Shown here piece after piece: positions 36,431 through 57,057 of a stretch of 64,000 nt of DNA. Under the pieces are notes generated by a model, which saw only the letters and a list, made by a program, of their open reading frames with translations, was not told where the DNA came from and searched no databases. The first letter of the stretch is position 1. Every line of letters starts with the position of its first letter. The DNA is from the human T2T-CHM13v2.0 reference genome, Homo sapiens. The stretch is from assembly GCF_009914755.1 (NCBI RefSeq), contig NC_060928.1; one strand, given 5' to 3'. The position numbers and the translations under genes are program-made.

Positions 36431-38699
36431 GTGAGACTCAGTTTAAAAAAAAAAAAATTCCCACTCTCACTCAGTTTCTAATACTCTACATTCTCAACAA
36501 CCTTACTATTGCCTGGCCATGATTTTTGTATTTGTAAAATGAGTAGGGATGGACTAGATGATCTCTGAGGCCTTTCTACATTCTCCTTTCCCTTTCCTTG
36601 AATTCCCCACTTTCTTTCTTCTTCACCTAGAGATAAACTAGTTTAGGGGATATCAAACTATTTCTTTTGAGTCTACACACCTGTTGATTCATATTTTGTA
36701 TTCTGAACAGTCTATAAACCTGGGCATCCAATAACACAGTTTCAGTTAACACGAGGAAGAACATTACCTAAATTTACAGTGTCCTAAGTAGGTTTATTTC
36801 CAATACTGTTAAATCAGTAGTTTTAAGACTTTTTAAAGCAATGGACTTTTTAAAAATAAAAATGTAAACTTAATTTTAATATAAACACCGTTTGCTCCAT
36901 TTTGTCCCCTTTTGTTTATCTCTAGTACATGTCTTAAACATCAGTAAGCTTTTTGTAATGTAATTATTATTATTCCCTTGGTGAACTTCCTGAAATTAAG
37001 AAATATTCAAATGCTTCAATGTGTCTTATTACTTTATCAATTAAATTTAAATTTTAAATTTTATTTGATTATGTTTTCAGTTCAAACTAGTATATAGTTT
37101 GTATACTAAAATCTTCTGGAAATATTTGTGTCAGAGAAATATTACTCTTTATTGCCAAAGAGCACTGATTACACCGCTTGTAATCTCTAAACAGCTTCGG
37201 GCTTTCAAGGTTATAATTGTAGACCTACATTGCCACCTAATGGTAGGAAGCTTAATCACACCATATTTTAAGTTGGAAACGGGTTTTTTTTTTAATGTAT
37301 GCAAAATGTTAAAGCAGTCTCTTCCTATGAGAACTCTATATTATAATAGAGTTGGCAGAAGAACAGGGTAAACACGCACCAGACTTATTGGCAAGACTAG
37401 AGATTGAATTTCTATTCCCTCACTGATCTACCATCTCTGAGTCCCAGCTCCTCTCAGACACAGGTATTAAGGATCTTCAGATTTCATCCTACCCACCTCC
37501 CCACCCTCACTCCTGTCCTTATGCCAAACCTGTTCTAGTCCTCATATGTTAAGATGCTAGTTCTGGATGACCAATTGGCGTCTAGAATCAACTTGGAATA
37601 TGGCTGGTGTCTGGGTTGCTAAAAGATGAGTTCCTGCTTTAGCATCCACATGTACCCAAGTCAACACTCTTATCATGAATTTCCCTAAAGCCATATGTTT
37701 CCTGTCTTTAAAAAAACTCCCTGATGAAGCTGGAATCCAATTATGAACCTCTGCATTGCACCCCAGGTGCCTGTAAACTAAAGCCCACAGTGCAATTTCA
37801 GCACATCAGATTCCTCTCTACATGGAGGAGTCACGAAAAAAAGAATAGTTGGCTAAATTCGCCTTACCCCAAGACTTTGAGCCAAGAATCAGCCACCTGT
37901 CCAATGTAAGCATCAGCAAGACTATAGAGCTTGGGCCAGGGGTCACCAAATCAGAATCCTTGGCTATATCTCTAGCCCAGATGAGAGTCAAAGTATTCAC
38001 CCTAGTCCTGGATGCTGTAATTAGGGGTGCTTCTTCTTGGGAGCCAGCTCTAAGCCAGGTATGTAACCCTCATTCTCCCTATCTTACCATATCTACCTGG
38101 TATGGGTAGCCAGTAAGCCTCTTTACACTGTCTTAGAGGTTTTTATAACAGGCAAGAAATGGCACAGAGAAAAAGAACAAAACGCAGATGAAGAAGTAAT
38201 AACAAGAACAAGAAGAAAAAGAAAGGAAAAGGAGAACTTGTGTCAGAGAGAAATACGTTATGGTATTATATACAACGCACCCACTCCAGGACTAGACATT
38301 TCTGTAGTGAAGAAATACTTGCCAGCTGATATTGAAGGAACAGCCAAGATGAATGGAAACACAGGACTTCAAAGACATAATGTATAGTTCAATGGATATT
38401 CTACTGGTACAATAGAATAAAATATGCCATCAGCATACCCCAAGCAAGGTCTGTTTAAGTATCTGAAATGTCAAATTAACAAGAAGCCATTTTTAATCAT
38501 GTCATTATAGATAGGGATAGAAATCTTCTAGTGATCTGTGTTAAGAAAGATTTTTTGAGCCACATCTGGGTTCAGCAGAAGATGGCTGATTGATTACCAA
38601 TGTTTTCCACATCCACACACTTGCCAGATAGTTTCCTTTTCTTTTCTAGGACCATCCTCTCATTAACTCCTTCCTGGTTCTCTACATGCATGCTTCTCA

Positions 38700-38820
38700 A
38701 GCTTCAACGTGAATATGAAACACTTGCTAAGATGCAGATTCTGATGCAGTAGGTAGGGGTAGAGCCCAGGATTCTGCATTTCTGAGAAGCTCCCAGGTGA
38801 TGCTCATGCTGGTCTCCAGA
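38700..38820. mobile_element. MER5-like hAT fragment
   Basis: ATGCAGATTCTGA...CTGCATTTCT...AAGCTCCCAGGTGATGCT. Confidence 0.65.
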
Positions 38821-39238
38821 AATTTCAAGTCGCCTTTTTTAACATTATGACAATTTCCCTTGTTAATCATCCAGAAATATTATTACTTTATCCCTTTTTC
38901 TTACTGCTGGCCAGGCAGAGAAGTAAAAAAATAGCCACTGCTGTCAGGTCTTAATAATCAGAAAAAAATTAAAATTTAATATAAAAGATTCCTAAAACAT
39001 TTTATGATTTTCAATGTAATATATCTCTATATCTATGTGTGTATATATATATATATTCATAAAGTCTGATTTATCATGCTTTATTGGTAAAAAGTTTCTC
39101 TCAACCACTCTTTCTCAGTCCTAGACTACAAAAATAATTGATTTTCCTTAAAATGACCCTGAAGTTCTGCAAGATCCTAAACTGCCTGCTAAATTATCAA
39201 ATAACTCATTTTCACTACAGTTGCATAATTAATTTTAC

Positions 39239-39244
39239 TTTATT
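39239..39244 (-). terminator. CNGA1 poly(A) signal AATAAA (3'UTR about 39220-39664); a second AATAAA lies at 39080-39085
   Basis: TTTATT on the plus strand about 420 nt past the stop codon. Confidence 0.75.
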
Positions 39245-39664
39245 GCAGTCTAATTTTTAAAAATGTTATCCCAAATATGATGTACATGGTAATTCTCAGT
39301 TACTTCAAATACGCTTCACTCAACAATGGAAATGGCATGAAAGTGAGGGCTACTTATTCATTTTTATGAAGAATATTACATAAAATGAGCGTATGTGAAA
39401 AAATCAGAAAATACAGACACTGACAAGTTAATCAGTTTATATCTTTGCACATTATCAGTTGTGAAAAATCCCAAGATATAAAGCTTTTTTAATCATAGTA
39501 TCTCTCAGAGAGGGTGTGGGCCTTGTACCTTGCACCAAAGCACATTTTCCTCATGGAAAAATTTCCCAACTGAGTCTTCCTCTTCTTTTAAATTTTAGTT
39601 GATGTCAGTCATAGGATCAAAAGGATCATGAGGCATGTCCCTGTTAATGACCAGCTTTTCGGTT

Positions 39665-41143
<1,479 letters not shown>

Positions 41144-41277
41144 TCAATTAACTTTGTTGAGGTCAACAGAAAAATTCATTTTCAATAAATATGCCTTTAA
41201 CAATGTAATAAAATACAAATACTAATAAACCTATGGCTGTAGAAAATATTCTGCTGTAGAAATAAAAGGTAAAATTT

Positions 41278-41451
41278 TGGCCAGACAGCTCACATCTGTA
41301 ATCCCAGTGCTTTGGGAGGCTGAGACCCAATATCACTTGAGCCTGGGAGTTTGAGGCTGCAGTGAGCCATGATAGCACTACTGCATTCCAGCCTGGGCAA
41401 CAGCGAGACCCTGTCTCAAAAAAAAAAAAGAAAAAAAAAGAAAAAAAGAAA
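41278..41451 (+). mobile_element. Alu monomer or internally deleted Alu
   Basis: Short Alu with long A tail; flanks AAAATTTTG. Confidence 0.7.
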
Positions 41452-41638
41452 AATTTTGTAAGTGCAAAAGTGAGAGTGTACAAATCTCTCAAGGTCTATC
41501 ATCACCATCCAGGTAAAGCCATTCCTTTCATGAGTAGCATTCTTGTGATATTGTGAGATATATATATATATATTTGGTCCCTGGCACAGAACTCTTAAAA
41601 CTCTTGTAATTTCCTAAGCAATATGGTTACTAAGTGCA

Positions 41639-41965
<327 letters not shown>

Positions 41966-42147
41966 TGACCCCAGTTCCTGAAACAGAGCTCTTTATCCCT
42001 TGATATTTCCTGGGTGATAGAAATGTCTTTTGTTCTGGCCAGGTGTAGTGGCTCACACCTGTAATCCCAGCACTTTGGAAGGCTGAGGCAGGAGGATCCC
42101 TTGAGTGCAGGAGTTTGAGACCAGCTTAAGTCTCTATGATATTATTT

Positions 42148-42326
42148 GAAAGAAAAAAAGAAAGAAAGAAAGAGAGAGAGAGAGGGATGGAGGGAGGGAG
42201 GGAAAGAAAGAAAGAAAGAAAAGAAAGAAAGAAAGAGAAAGAAAGAAAGAAAGAGAAAGAAGAAAGAAAGAAAGAGAAAGAAAGAAAGAAGGAAAGAAAG
42301 AAAGAGGAAAGAAAGAAAAAGAAAAG
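42148..42326 (+). repeat. Complex (GAAA)n/(GA)n/(GGGA)n purine tract
   Basis: About 180 bp that is almost entirely purine. Confidence 0.95.
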
Positions 42327-43987
42327 TGTCTTTTGGTCTAATGAAGCAGCCCTTGGTGAGGTCCAAGATGGGGCTGGTCACCAGAAAGACTAAGTTATGT
42401 TTAGAAGCTTGGAACTTTTACCCCAACCTCCTTCATCCAGGAAAGGGAGAAGCACTGGAGACTGAGTTAATAGTCCATCATGCCTCCATGATAAAACCTC
42501 TATAAAAATCCCTGAACTATGGGGTTTGGAGCATTATCAGGTTAGTGAACACATCTATGAACTAGGAGGGTGCCACACCCCAATTCCATGGGGACAAAAG
42601 CCCCTGTTCTCATGACTCTTCCCGACTTTGCCCTATGTATCTCTTCATCTGGCTCTTCATCTGTATTCATTATCATACCCTTTATTAATATAATAGCGCA
42701 GTAAACATAAGTGTTTTCCTATGGTCTGTAAGTTGTGCTAGCAAATTACTAGACCCACAAGGGAGCTGTGGGAACTCCAATTTATAGCTGGTCAGTCAGA
42801 AGCACAAGCCACAACCTGAGACTTACGATTGGCATCTGAAGTGGGGGATCATCTTGGGAGACTGAGCCCTTAACCTGTTGGGCCTGTTCTAACTCCCGTT
42901 AGTGTCCAAATTCAGTTAAATTTTAACCCAGCTGGTGTTACAGAATTGCTTGGTGTGTAGAGGAAACGCCATATACATATTGGTCACCAGAATTGTGTTG
43001 TATTGAGAGCATAGTAACATACAATGGGTTGTTGTTTTTTTTCCCCACCGTACACAGTTCATGGAAGGTTTCCTGAACACGCTAGCAATGTGCCTAATAG
43101 CCCACGCCAGTGTCTTGTCAGAATCCCAGCCCTATCGTGGACGCTTGGGTACTTGCCCTGTGCTGTCTATTTTGCATATTCTTGCCTTACCCCTTCGATG
43201 TGAAGCATAAGTGTCCTTTGAGGCTGCATTTTCATCTCTCATTCTTGCTCCCTTAGACACTTGGGATCTTCCCTCCTATGCTGTTACCATGGGCTTGTGT
43301 GTTTTAAACCCAGCATTTCAGCCCTCTGATACATTACACTAGGAAAGGGATTTGCTCCTTCTCCTAAACTGGCTACCAAAGCTACAAATATGACAGGGCA
43401 TTGTTCCAGGATACTAGTATTTAGAGAATGTTCAATTTTACGTAATGATTCTTAAAAGGTTATAGTCTGTGTATAATGGTTACATTTGCATGTGAGAGTG
43501 TAGAAACAATTAGCTTCTACCTACTTAACAGAAATACTTCAGAAGCTATCCCCTCTGGTCAATAATATCTCACCATAAACCACAAAGCTGAGTTATGTGC
43601 ATTTTTCCTCCTTCTTATAAAATTTTGAATATGGCTCTGCTGAGGACAATGACATTTTTCCCCACGACTCTTTACATTATCTCCCTGTTAGCTTCCCCCT
43701 GTAGCTGGCAGAATATTTCTGCTCTCTCTATTCCTCTCGCCTGGCACAAAACCAATGAACAAGATAATGGAGGAAAGCCACATCTACTTGTCAAAAAGTT
43801 GCCTGGTAACTTCCTCTGAATCAGCTGGAGTCATCTAAGCCTATGAGTTTATACATCGTGACTCTTGCCTTCACCTGTGCCTTTTTCTCTAGAACAGATT
43901 TTTGTGAGTTTTCTTTGAAGAATACTTGGATTAGGAAATGTCAAATTACAATGCTAGAGATAAAAGCATGAAATTTTAAAATATTCA

Positions 43988-44221
<234 letters not shown>

Positions 44222-44369
44222 CTAGGAGAGGTCCTTAGAGTCCTTTAATTAACCATGGCTCTCCCGATATTTTCCCTGAGTGGTTGGATTTCGATCCTCA
44301 CACTTCTGAATTCCAACATCCTTTCCATGATACTAGTCAGCTTAGTAAAAACATCCAATAAGAATAAGT

Positions 44370-44582
44370 GGGTTGAAGGGTACAAGTATACAGTAAGACA
44401 GAAGGAATAAATTCAATGTTTGATAGCAGACTATACTTAACAAAAATGTATTGAACTTGGGTGATGGACACTCTAAATACCCTGACTTAATCACACTATA
44501 TGCATTATATACAAGTAACAAAATTTCACATGTACCCCATAAATTTGTACAAAAAAATCTTTAAATAAATTAAAAAAATAAA
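44370..44582 (+). mobile_element. L1MA-like 3' end
   Basis: CACATGTACCCCATAAATTTGTAC followed by an A-rich tail. Confidence 0.65.
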
Positions 44583-44837
44583 TGGCCTAAAACTAAAATC
44601 AAAATATGTTGGGTGAAACACATCGATCACCAGGTTCGTATTGACTATCTGTACCCAAAATGCTTTAGGAAGTTGTGCTTGGTCTTGGATGAGTGAGATG
44701 TTTACCATCTAAAAGACATTAAATCCTTGATCTTTTTCCACTATTGGCAACATTTTTTTCTCATAGGTCAAAGAAAATAGTTTCTCCCGATGTTCTAATT
44801 AAGTTATTATACAACCAAAAGTTTAAAAGTCTTCCCC

Positions 44838-45040
44838 TCTAACAACAGACACTGGGGTCTATTTGAGAGTGGCAGGTGGGAAAAGGGAGAGAAGCAGAAA
44901 AAATAACGATTGGGTACTGGGCTTAACACCTGGGTGAGAAAATAATCTGTGCACCAAACCCCTGTGACACGAGTTTACCTATAAAACAAGCCTGCACATG
45001 TACCCCCGAACGTCAAATAAAAGTTAAAAAAATTAAAAAA
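44838..45040 (+). mobile_element. Heavily 5'-truncated L1PA/PB 3' end with TSD TAAAAGTCTTCCCC
   Basis: TSD at 44824-44837 and 45041-45054; CCTGCACATGTACCCC...AATAAAAGTTAAAAAA. Confidence 0.8.
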
Positions 45041-45274
45041 TAAAAGTCTTCCCCGACCCCTCCATGCATCCCAGTACTGCAGACCCAATTATATTGAGAA
45101 CTGAAGCACTTCCTCCTGATCCCAGGAAAACACACTGAGAATAATCTAGCCTCTCTTTACCACCTGCAGTAGAGAAAGGAGGTGTGTCCTAAAGGGCTCT
45201 AAGTCAAATTGTTTAGTCAGTGAACTTGGAAACTAGAAATGGGGTGAGATCCACAAAAAAAAAAAAAAAAATTA

Positions 45275-45418
<144 letters not shown>

Positions 45419-45809
45419 TTACCAAGATACAAGAACATTTTTATTTACCATGTTAAACATCGTTATGCCCATCAACCACAATTAATGAAATGGAAGTAAG
45501 CTGGAGAAGCTCACTCTGCAGTGTGAAGATTAGCATGGCATAAGAGCACTAGTCATAAGAAAGTGGTTAGTGAGGGGTGGATAGATAACAAAACTACCAG
45601 TTTTTTTTTTTTTTTTTTTGAGAGGCCAGCTATGTTTTATTAAGCTAAATGTTAAAGAGATGTGTAAAAATGTAAAACAATGCCACTCTTCTCATTAAGA
45701 CCAGTCTTATATTAAAGCATACATTAGGTTTTTACTAAAGCCCTGGTTTCACTGCGATGCTGCAGTCAGTTGTATACCTCAGCCACTGAGAGGGAATAGT
45801 GGCATAGAT

Positions 45810-46032
45810 CTGGGGTCCCCAACCCCCGGGCTGTGGGCCGGTACTGGTCTGTGGTCTGTTAGGAACCCAGCGGGCCACACAGCAGGAGGTGAGCTGCAGG
45901 GTGAGGGAGGTTTACTGCCTGAGCTCGGCCTCCTGTCAGATCAGCAGTGGCATTAGATTCTCATAGGAGCACAAACCTTATTGTGATCTGCGCGTGCAAG
46001 GGATCTAGGTTGCACACTCTTTATAAGAATGT
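45810..46032 (+). mobile_element. MER1A/B-like hAT MITE, partial
   Basis: GGGGTCCCCAACCCC...GGCATTAGATTCTCATAGGAGC. Confidence 0.75.
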
Positions 46033-46417
46033 AATTAAAATAAAAATTAAATTTTTATTTCAGTTTTTAAAATTATTGTAGGATCCTAGAAAGCTAATCC
46101 TCCTTGGAACCTAAATATTTCTCAGCGATAAGTTATCTTCACCAATGCTTAGGGAAGAGAATTAACCCTAGCAGTGAAAATTCTTGAGAGAATTAAGAAT
46201 AATGCTACCATTGCTAATTTTAGGGAAATTGGAAAAAGTTTTAATTCACTTCTGATAATTTATGTTAAATGTTTATTTTTCAATATTTAAAGACATTTAG
46301 TCTTTACACAGGGCTCTTTACTATAAAGTTTCTTTCTACTTTGTATTATGGAAAATCATCCCTGCATCTAAAACCCATCACAATTTCCTTCTATTTCAAT
46401 GCCACTAAAAGTGCTTA

Positions 46418-46549
<132 letters not shown>

Positions 46550-46608
46550 TTAAAATACAGAAATGTTATGGGCAGAAAAATGTGGGGTAATTCTTGCCAA
46601 AGTCTTAC

Positions 46609-46650
46609 CTCTTCTTTTCTTTTTTCTTTTTCTTTTTTTCTTCTGGTTCC
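46609..46650 (-). CDS. CNGA1: CNGA1 coding exon 4 of 8 ([13 protein letters not shown])
   Basis: tag acceptor, GTAAG donor, 42 nt. Confidence 0.93.
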
Positions 46651-47599
46651 CTAAAGAAAAAAATAATATATCTGTGACATAATCACAGTCTTCCACTCTT
46701 ATTTACTTTCTTTTTCATTGAGCAAAAATCTCAGCTTTGCATTCAAAGACCTGCTCCAGTGCTCAAAACCCATCTGGTCTCTTACTGGAGGTTTCTACCC
46801 CAAAAAGTGGGGGGTGGGGCAGACAATTATCCAGATAATAAACAAGAACTTCTAAGCTAATAGATTTGGGAAATAGAAACAAATGGAGATGAATAAAGGC
46901 ATAAAACCAAGGAGAAAAATTTAAGAAACAACAGCCCCCCAAGAGTGTTCTTCGAAAGTGTTAATGTATTAAAAATAATATTTAAAATTTAAGCTTCTTG
47001 ACATCATTTACATTTATCCTTGAATAAAATCATTGAGAATTTTAAGAAAATGCCATCAATTTTCTTTAGAGGGGATAACCCTGACTGAAGTCATTTTTCA
47101 TGAGTAATCAATAAGCTGTCTGGTAATATGGTGGAATCTCAGTTATTAGAATAATTTACCAGATTTAAGGCCACCTTTTTCCACATACAATTTCTTCTTG
47201 AGTGGAGACTGTGTAACTAGTGCCTCTTTCTATGATTAGCTTTCTCTATCAGCAGGGGAATAGATTCTGAAGTCAGACAGACCTAGGGTTATAGCAGGCT
47301 GCCATTGTCAGCTCAGAAGTCTTAGGAAATTTCATTAGCCAGACATGAATGAACAGGCATCTTGTTACCACTAGGATAGTCAGAGAAGGCTTTTAAAGGG
47401 AAGTAGTTCTAAAGCTAGGCCTCAAAGTATCACTAAGACTTGGAGTTGAGAAGAAGAGAGAGGATGTTAGAGCAGGAAAATTTCTAAGTGCAATGGACTC
47501 AATCTGGGTAAGAATGACCCAACAGAAGTGGAAAGCCTCTGTTAAGAAGAAATGGAAGATAAGATTGACAAGTGAGGTGAGGCTTAACATCTAAGATGG

Positions 47600-52330
<4,731 letters not shown>

Positions 52331-52337
52331 TTGGGCC

Positions 52338-52765
52338 ATACAGTGGCTATGCAGGTGGTGCACAAAATTCAGGCACTCATTCCCCACTTGCCAAGAGTGT
52401 TGGTTGCTGTCAGCTCAGTTTTTCCTCTCCCTTGGCTGGCCTTGGCTGAAGGAAACCACCATGCTCCATCCAGATGGTTATGCTCCATCTTCTAGGGCCA
52501 ACTTTTTTCCAATAACTGTGCATGGGAACAAAGGCCCAAGTCTATTACCTAAATAGGGACAACTCTAAAAGGTCATCCCTGCTCCAGGGATCCCCAGAGA
52601 ATCACATTGTACATCAGCTCTATTCTCTGAAGTTCGACTTCTCCCTCTGCCCAATACTGACCCCCAACTCCCTTCCAGATATTGTTCCCAAGACCATTCC
52701 CAACAAACTTCTGCATACAAGCCTCCATCTCAGAAACTGTCTCCTGAGGAAATTCACCTAAGACA
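52338..52765 (+). mobile_element. LTR16-like 3' LTR
   Basis: GGGACAACTCTAAAAGG...CTCCATCTCAGA...ACCTAAGACA terminus. Confidence 0.65.
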
Positions 52766-53062
52766 CATTGGCTCAAACTGGAAAGGAGTAATATTTCCTG
52801 ACAAAAATTCACTTATTTTTGTCAGTCACTCTATTCACAGAGAAAGTCAACTGCATGAACACTATAGACATGATTTTTTCTACATGTATTCAAATAAATG
52901 AATGAACACTACTTTTCAACAAAATGATAAGACTATCATTGCCATTGTATTAGATCATTTGATTAATAAATGTTTCCTCTATAACAGATTCAGATATATT
53001 CCTACATTTTTACTGGTTTTCTTTAAAACCAAAACTTTGGTTTTCTATTGTAAATATACTTA

Positions 53063-53224
<162 letters not shown>

Positions 53225-53355
53225 CTACTCATTACTAAAGACTATGTAGATGATAGATATTTCAAAAACATATTATGAAGCATAAAGCATAAAAGTATAT
53301 CCTGAGCCTCCATGAAGCATGACTTGCCAAATGCCAGTGTCTTGAACAAACATAG

Positions 53356-53713
53356 TGATATGGTTTGGCTGTGTCCCCACCCAAATCTCATCTTGAATTA
53401 TAGCTCCCATAATCCCCACATGCCACAGGAGGGACCCAGTGGGAAGTAATTGAATCATAGGGGTGGGTGTTGCCCATGCCATTCTCGTGCTAGTAAATAA
53501 GTCTCACAAGATCTGATGGTTTTATAAAGGGCAGTTCCCCTGCACATGCTCTCTTGCCTGCCACCATGTAAGACATGACTTTGCTCCTCCTTTGCCTTCT
53601 GCCATGATTGTGAGGCCTCCCCAGCCATGTGGAACTGTGAGTCCAGTAAGCCTCTTTTTCTTTATAAATTAACCAGTCTCGGGTATTTCTTCATAACATT
53701 ATGAAAATGGACA
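53356..53713 (+). mobile_element. THE1 (MaLR) solo LTR
   Basis: Starts TGATATGGTTTGGCTGTGTCCCCACCCAAATCTCATCTTGAATT. Confidence 0.9.
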
Positions 53714-54416
53714 TGGTTAGTAAATGCATATCAGTCAATGTTCATACCAAGAATTAGCTTAAGTGAACCAACCTCAATGCCAGTAACTCCCAACAAGAAA
53801 CCTAAGACTGTTAGGGAAAGTAAGATGAGGAGAAAAGCTAAATAAAAACAATGGGAAGGCTGGAGGTAGTCAATGGGAAGAAAAATAAGGAAAAGGAAAA
53901 AAAAGTAAAGAAAGAGTAATTATGTAAAACAGGTGGAAACCCCAGCTCCAACACCAATACCACACCACACCCCTTCTGCAATCTCAAGTCCGGTATCTGA
54001 AGTTTTCACAACTTCTTTATTTCCTACTAAGGATATTTTTGCTTTTCTCTTCTAGCACCTCTCTCCAGTGCTCTATTTCCTAAAAGTAGGACCAAAAGGG
54101 ATGGAGCATTTTAGAGAATAACAGCCAACCCTCTCACATGTACTTGCTTCAGGACCCTGACAGAAGGATCAGAGAGAAACAAGAAATCAGAAAGGACTGG
54201 GTTTCTTAAGGGACAGACCCCAGTGGGTCTCAGGGAAAATGAAGCAAGAGTGTTTACAACTTGGAACGCCATGGCCATAAATAATCATCGGGCAGTGGCA
54301 GTATTTCCCAAGAGACGGCATGGGTAAGGAACAGAAGTAATTCCTCCTGAGATCCCACATCGTGTGTAGATAGCAGAGGCATTTGCCGAGCTTGCTCCGA
54401 AACAACAGTTTACAAA

Positions 54417-54545
54417 CCCATTTATGCCTAGTGTTTGATTATTGGAACGCTAAGCATGTGGGAGTTATTTCTATCCTACTGCTCAAGGTCATCACCATGA
54501 TCTGATTGCAAAAATTCAAAACACTGCAACCTTAAGCATAAATGG
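54417..54545. mobile_element. MER85 piggyBac MITE
   Basis: TIRs CCCATTTATGCCT / AAGCATAAATGG, TTAA on the right flank, internal ATTATTGGAACGCTAAGCATGTGGGAG. Confidence 0.85.
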
Positions 54546-54582
54546 TTAAAAACAAGCACCAAGGGATGGATCATACTGCTCA

Positions 54583-54732
<150 letters not shown>

Positions 54733-55268
54733 TTAATGTTTTCAACCACTGCAGAGAGGCAACATTCCTCACTAGGGGGACAATTGCCTCACCTCTTTTC
54801 CTTCCCTCTCAAACTAACACACATAACAATTTTTAGTTAGCATAAAGTTAGAACTATACAAAATACATAGAATTATATAAAATATGTGCATAATTCAGTA
54901 AAATGCATTTAACTAAGAAACTAGTTTCTAGGTTTTCCACATTCCTATTGTTTGATGCATTGGTTGATGTTAATATTTATCAAATAGCAAGTGTGATATC
55001 TGGGACTTAGATCATATTATACCTTTGTGTGAACTAGTTTTCTAACTAATGTTTCGTCCCACTAAAAGTAAATTCAACCACATTCATATACATTATATTC
55101 ATTTATAGGGTAAGCACTTTAAATTATACTTTTAAATCACATTGCTAGCATTTCATACTCTGAGTACTTTTCATATGTATCTATGGCAATGTCATCTCTT
55201 TAGATTCAAAATGTCACTTGAGGAAAAGCCCTGCCATTGACTAAAGAAATGTTTGGCATAGGTGCTTA

Positions 55269-55649
<381 letters not shown>

Positions 55650-55817
55650 CTATGTTCATTTGTTAGACAAGTTATGCAGTTCCAAAGTGTAAATAAATTT
55701 GCTAAATACATTACAAAGTTCAAGGTTACAAATTATAAAGCTAAATTGAAATTAAATCTAGTTAAATTAAAGAACTGTAGCTAATAATAAAAATGCATGG
55801 GAAAATGTTTGGATTTA

Positions 55818-55985
<168 letters not shown>

Positions 55986-56014
55986 TTACATATATAATCA
56001 AAAGTTTCACCCTA

Positions 56015-56379
56015 TGTATTAGTCTGTCCTCATGCTGCTAATAAAGACATACCTGAGACTGGGTAATTTATAAAGGAAAGAGGTTTAATGGACTTGTAGC
56101 TCCACATGGCTAGGGGGAGCCTCACAATCATGGCAGAAAGCAAAGGAGAAGCAAAGGCACATCTTACATGGCAGCAGGCAAGAGAGCTTGTGCAGCAGAA
56201 CTCCCCTTTATAAAACCATCAGATCTCATGAGACTTATTCACTATCATGAGACTAGCATGGGAAAAACTCACTCCCATGATTCCACTGCCTCCCACTGAG
56301 TTCCTCCCATGACACATAGGGATTATGGGAGCCGCACTTTAAGATGAAGTTTGGGTGGGTACACAGCCAAACCATATCA
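56015..56379 (-). mobile_element. THE1 (MaLR) solo LTR
   Basis: TGTATTAGTC...CAGCCAAACCATATCA; ACCCTA repeated on both flanks. Confidence 0.92.
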
Positions 56380-57057
56380 ACCCTACCATTTTTCTAAGAC
56401 TATATAATACCATCTGTTTGCAGTTTTACATAGGAATTATTCTTTAATAGAATGCAGGCATGGCCTGTTCCCCTAATTTCCATTGACCAGTTTTTTGTAA
56501 AAAAATTTTTAATTTAAGAATGTACCAGACTTATAAAACATTTATAAATTTGGATTTATCCCAGTTTTGAAATACTCAAGCAATGTAACTGTAGAACAAA
56601 ACCATAGGGACCTCGCATACCCATCAAGCAATTAAATAACAGTAAAAAGCAGTAGATGTAATGGAGGTAATCTGCTGTGAATTTCCATAGGCATTTGGAC
56701 AAAAAGGGTCTTGAGTAGTATTCAAACTTTAGAGGAAAGAGAGATAAAATTGATCACATTTTTAGCAAGTCCCCTAAATTATTCAGATGCATATATACCC
56801 AAGCAACATATTTTGAAAACACTGGCCTAAACTCTAGTCAGGACATATTATTTCCTCAGCTCAGGTAGAGGAGGCAGGGTGGAATTTCAATTCACTTTCC
56901 AGCTGCTCCCAGCACAGGCCATGCCCCTTTGGCTGCTGTCTGAGACTCTGCCTTCTTCACTGGCTTCAGCTTCCGTCTGTCTATGATTTCTGTTCATGGT
57001 CCTCAGGAAGGATCCTCTCTCCAGTTTGAGGGAACCCACCTTGAGAATGCCAGTAAC

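Noticed and set aside
42136-42505. Lys/Glu/Arg-rich and Phe/Leu/Ser-rich ORFs
   Set aside because: Translations of the GAAA microsatellite.
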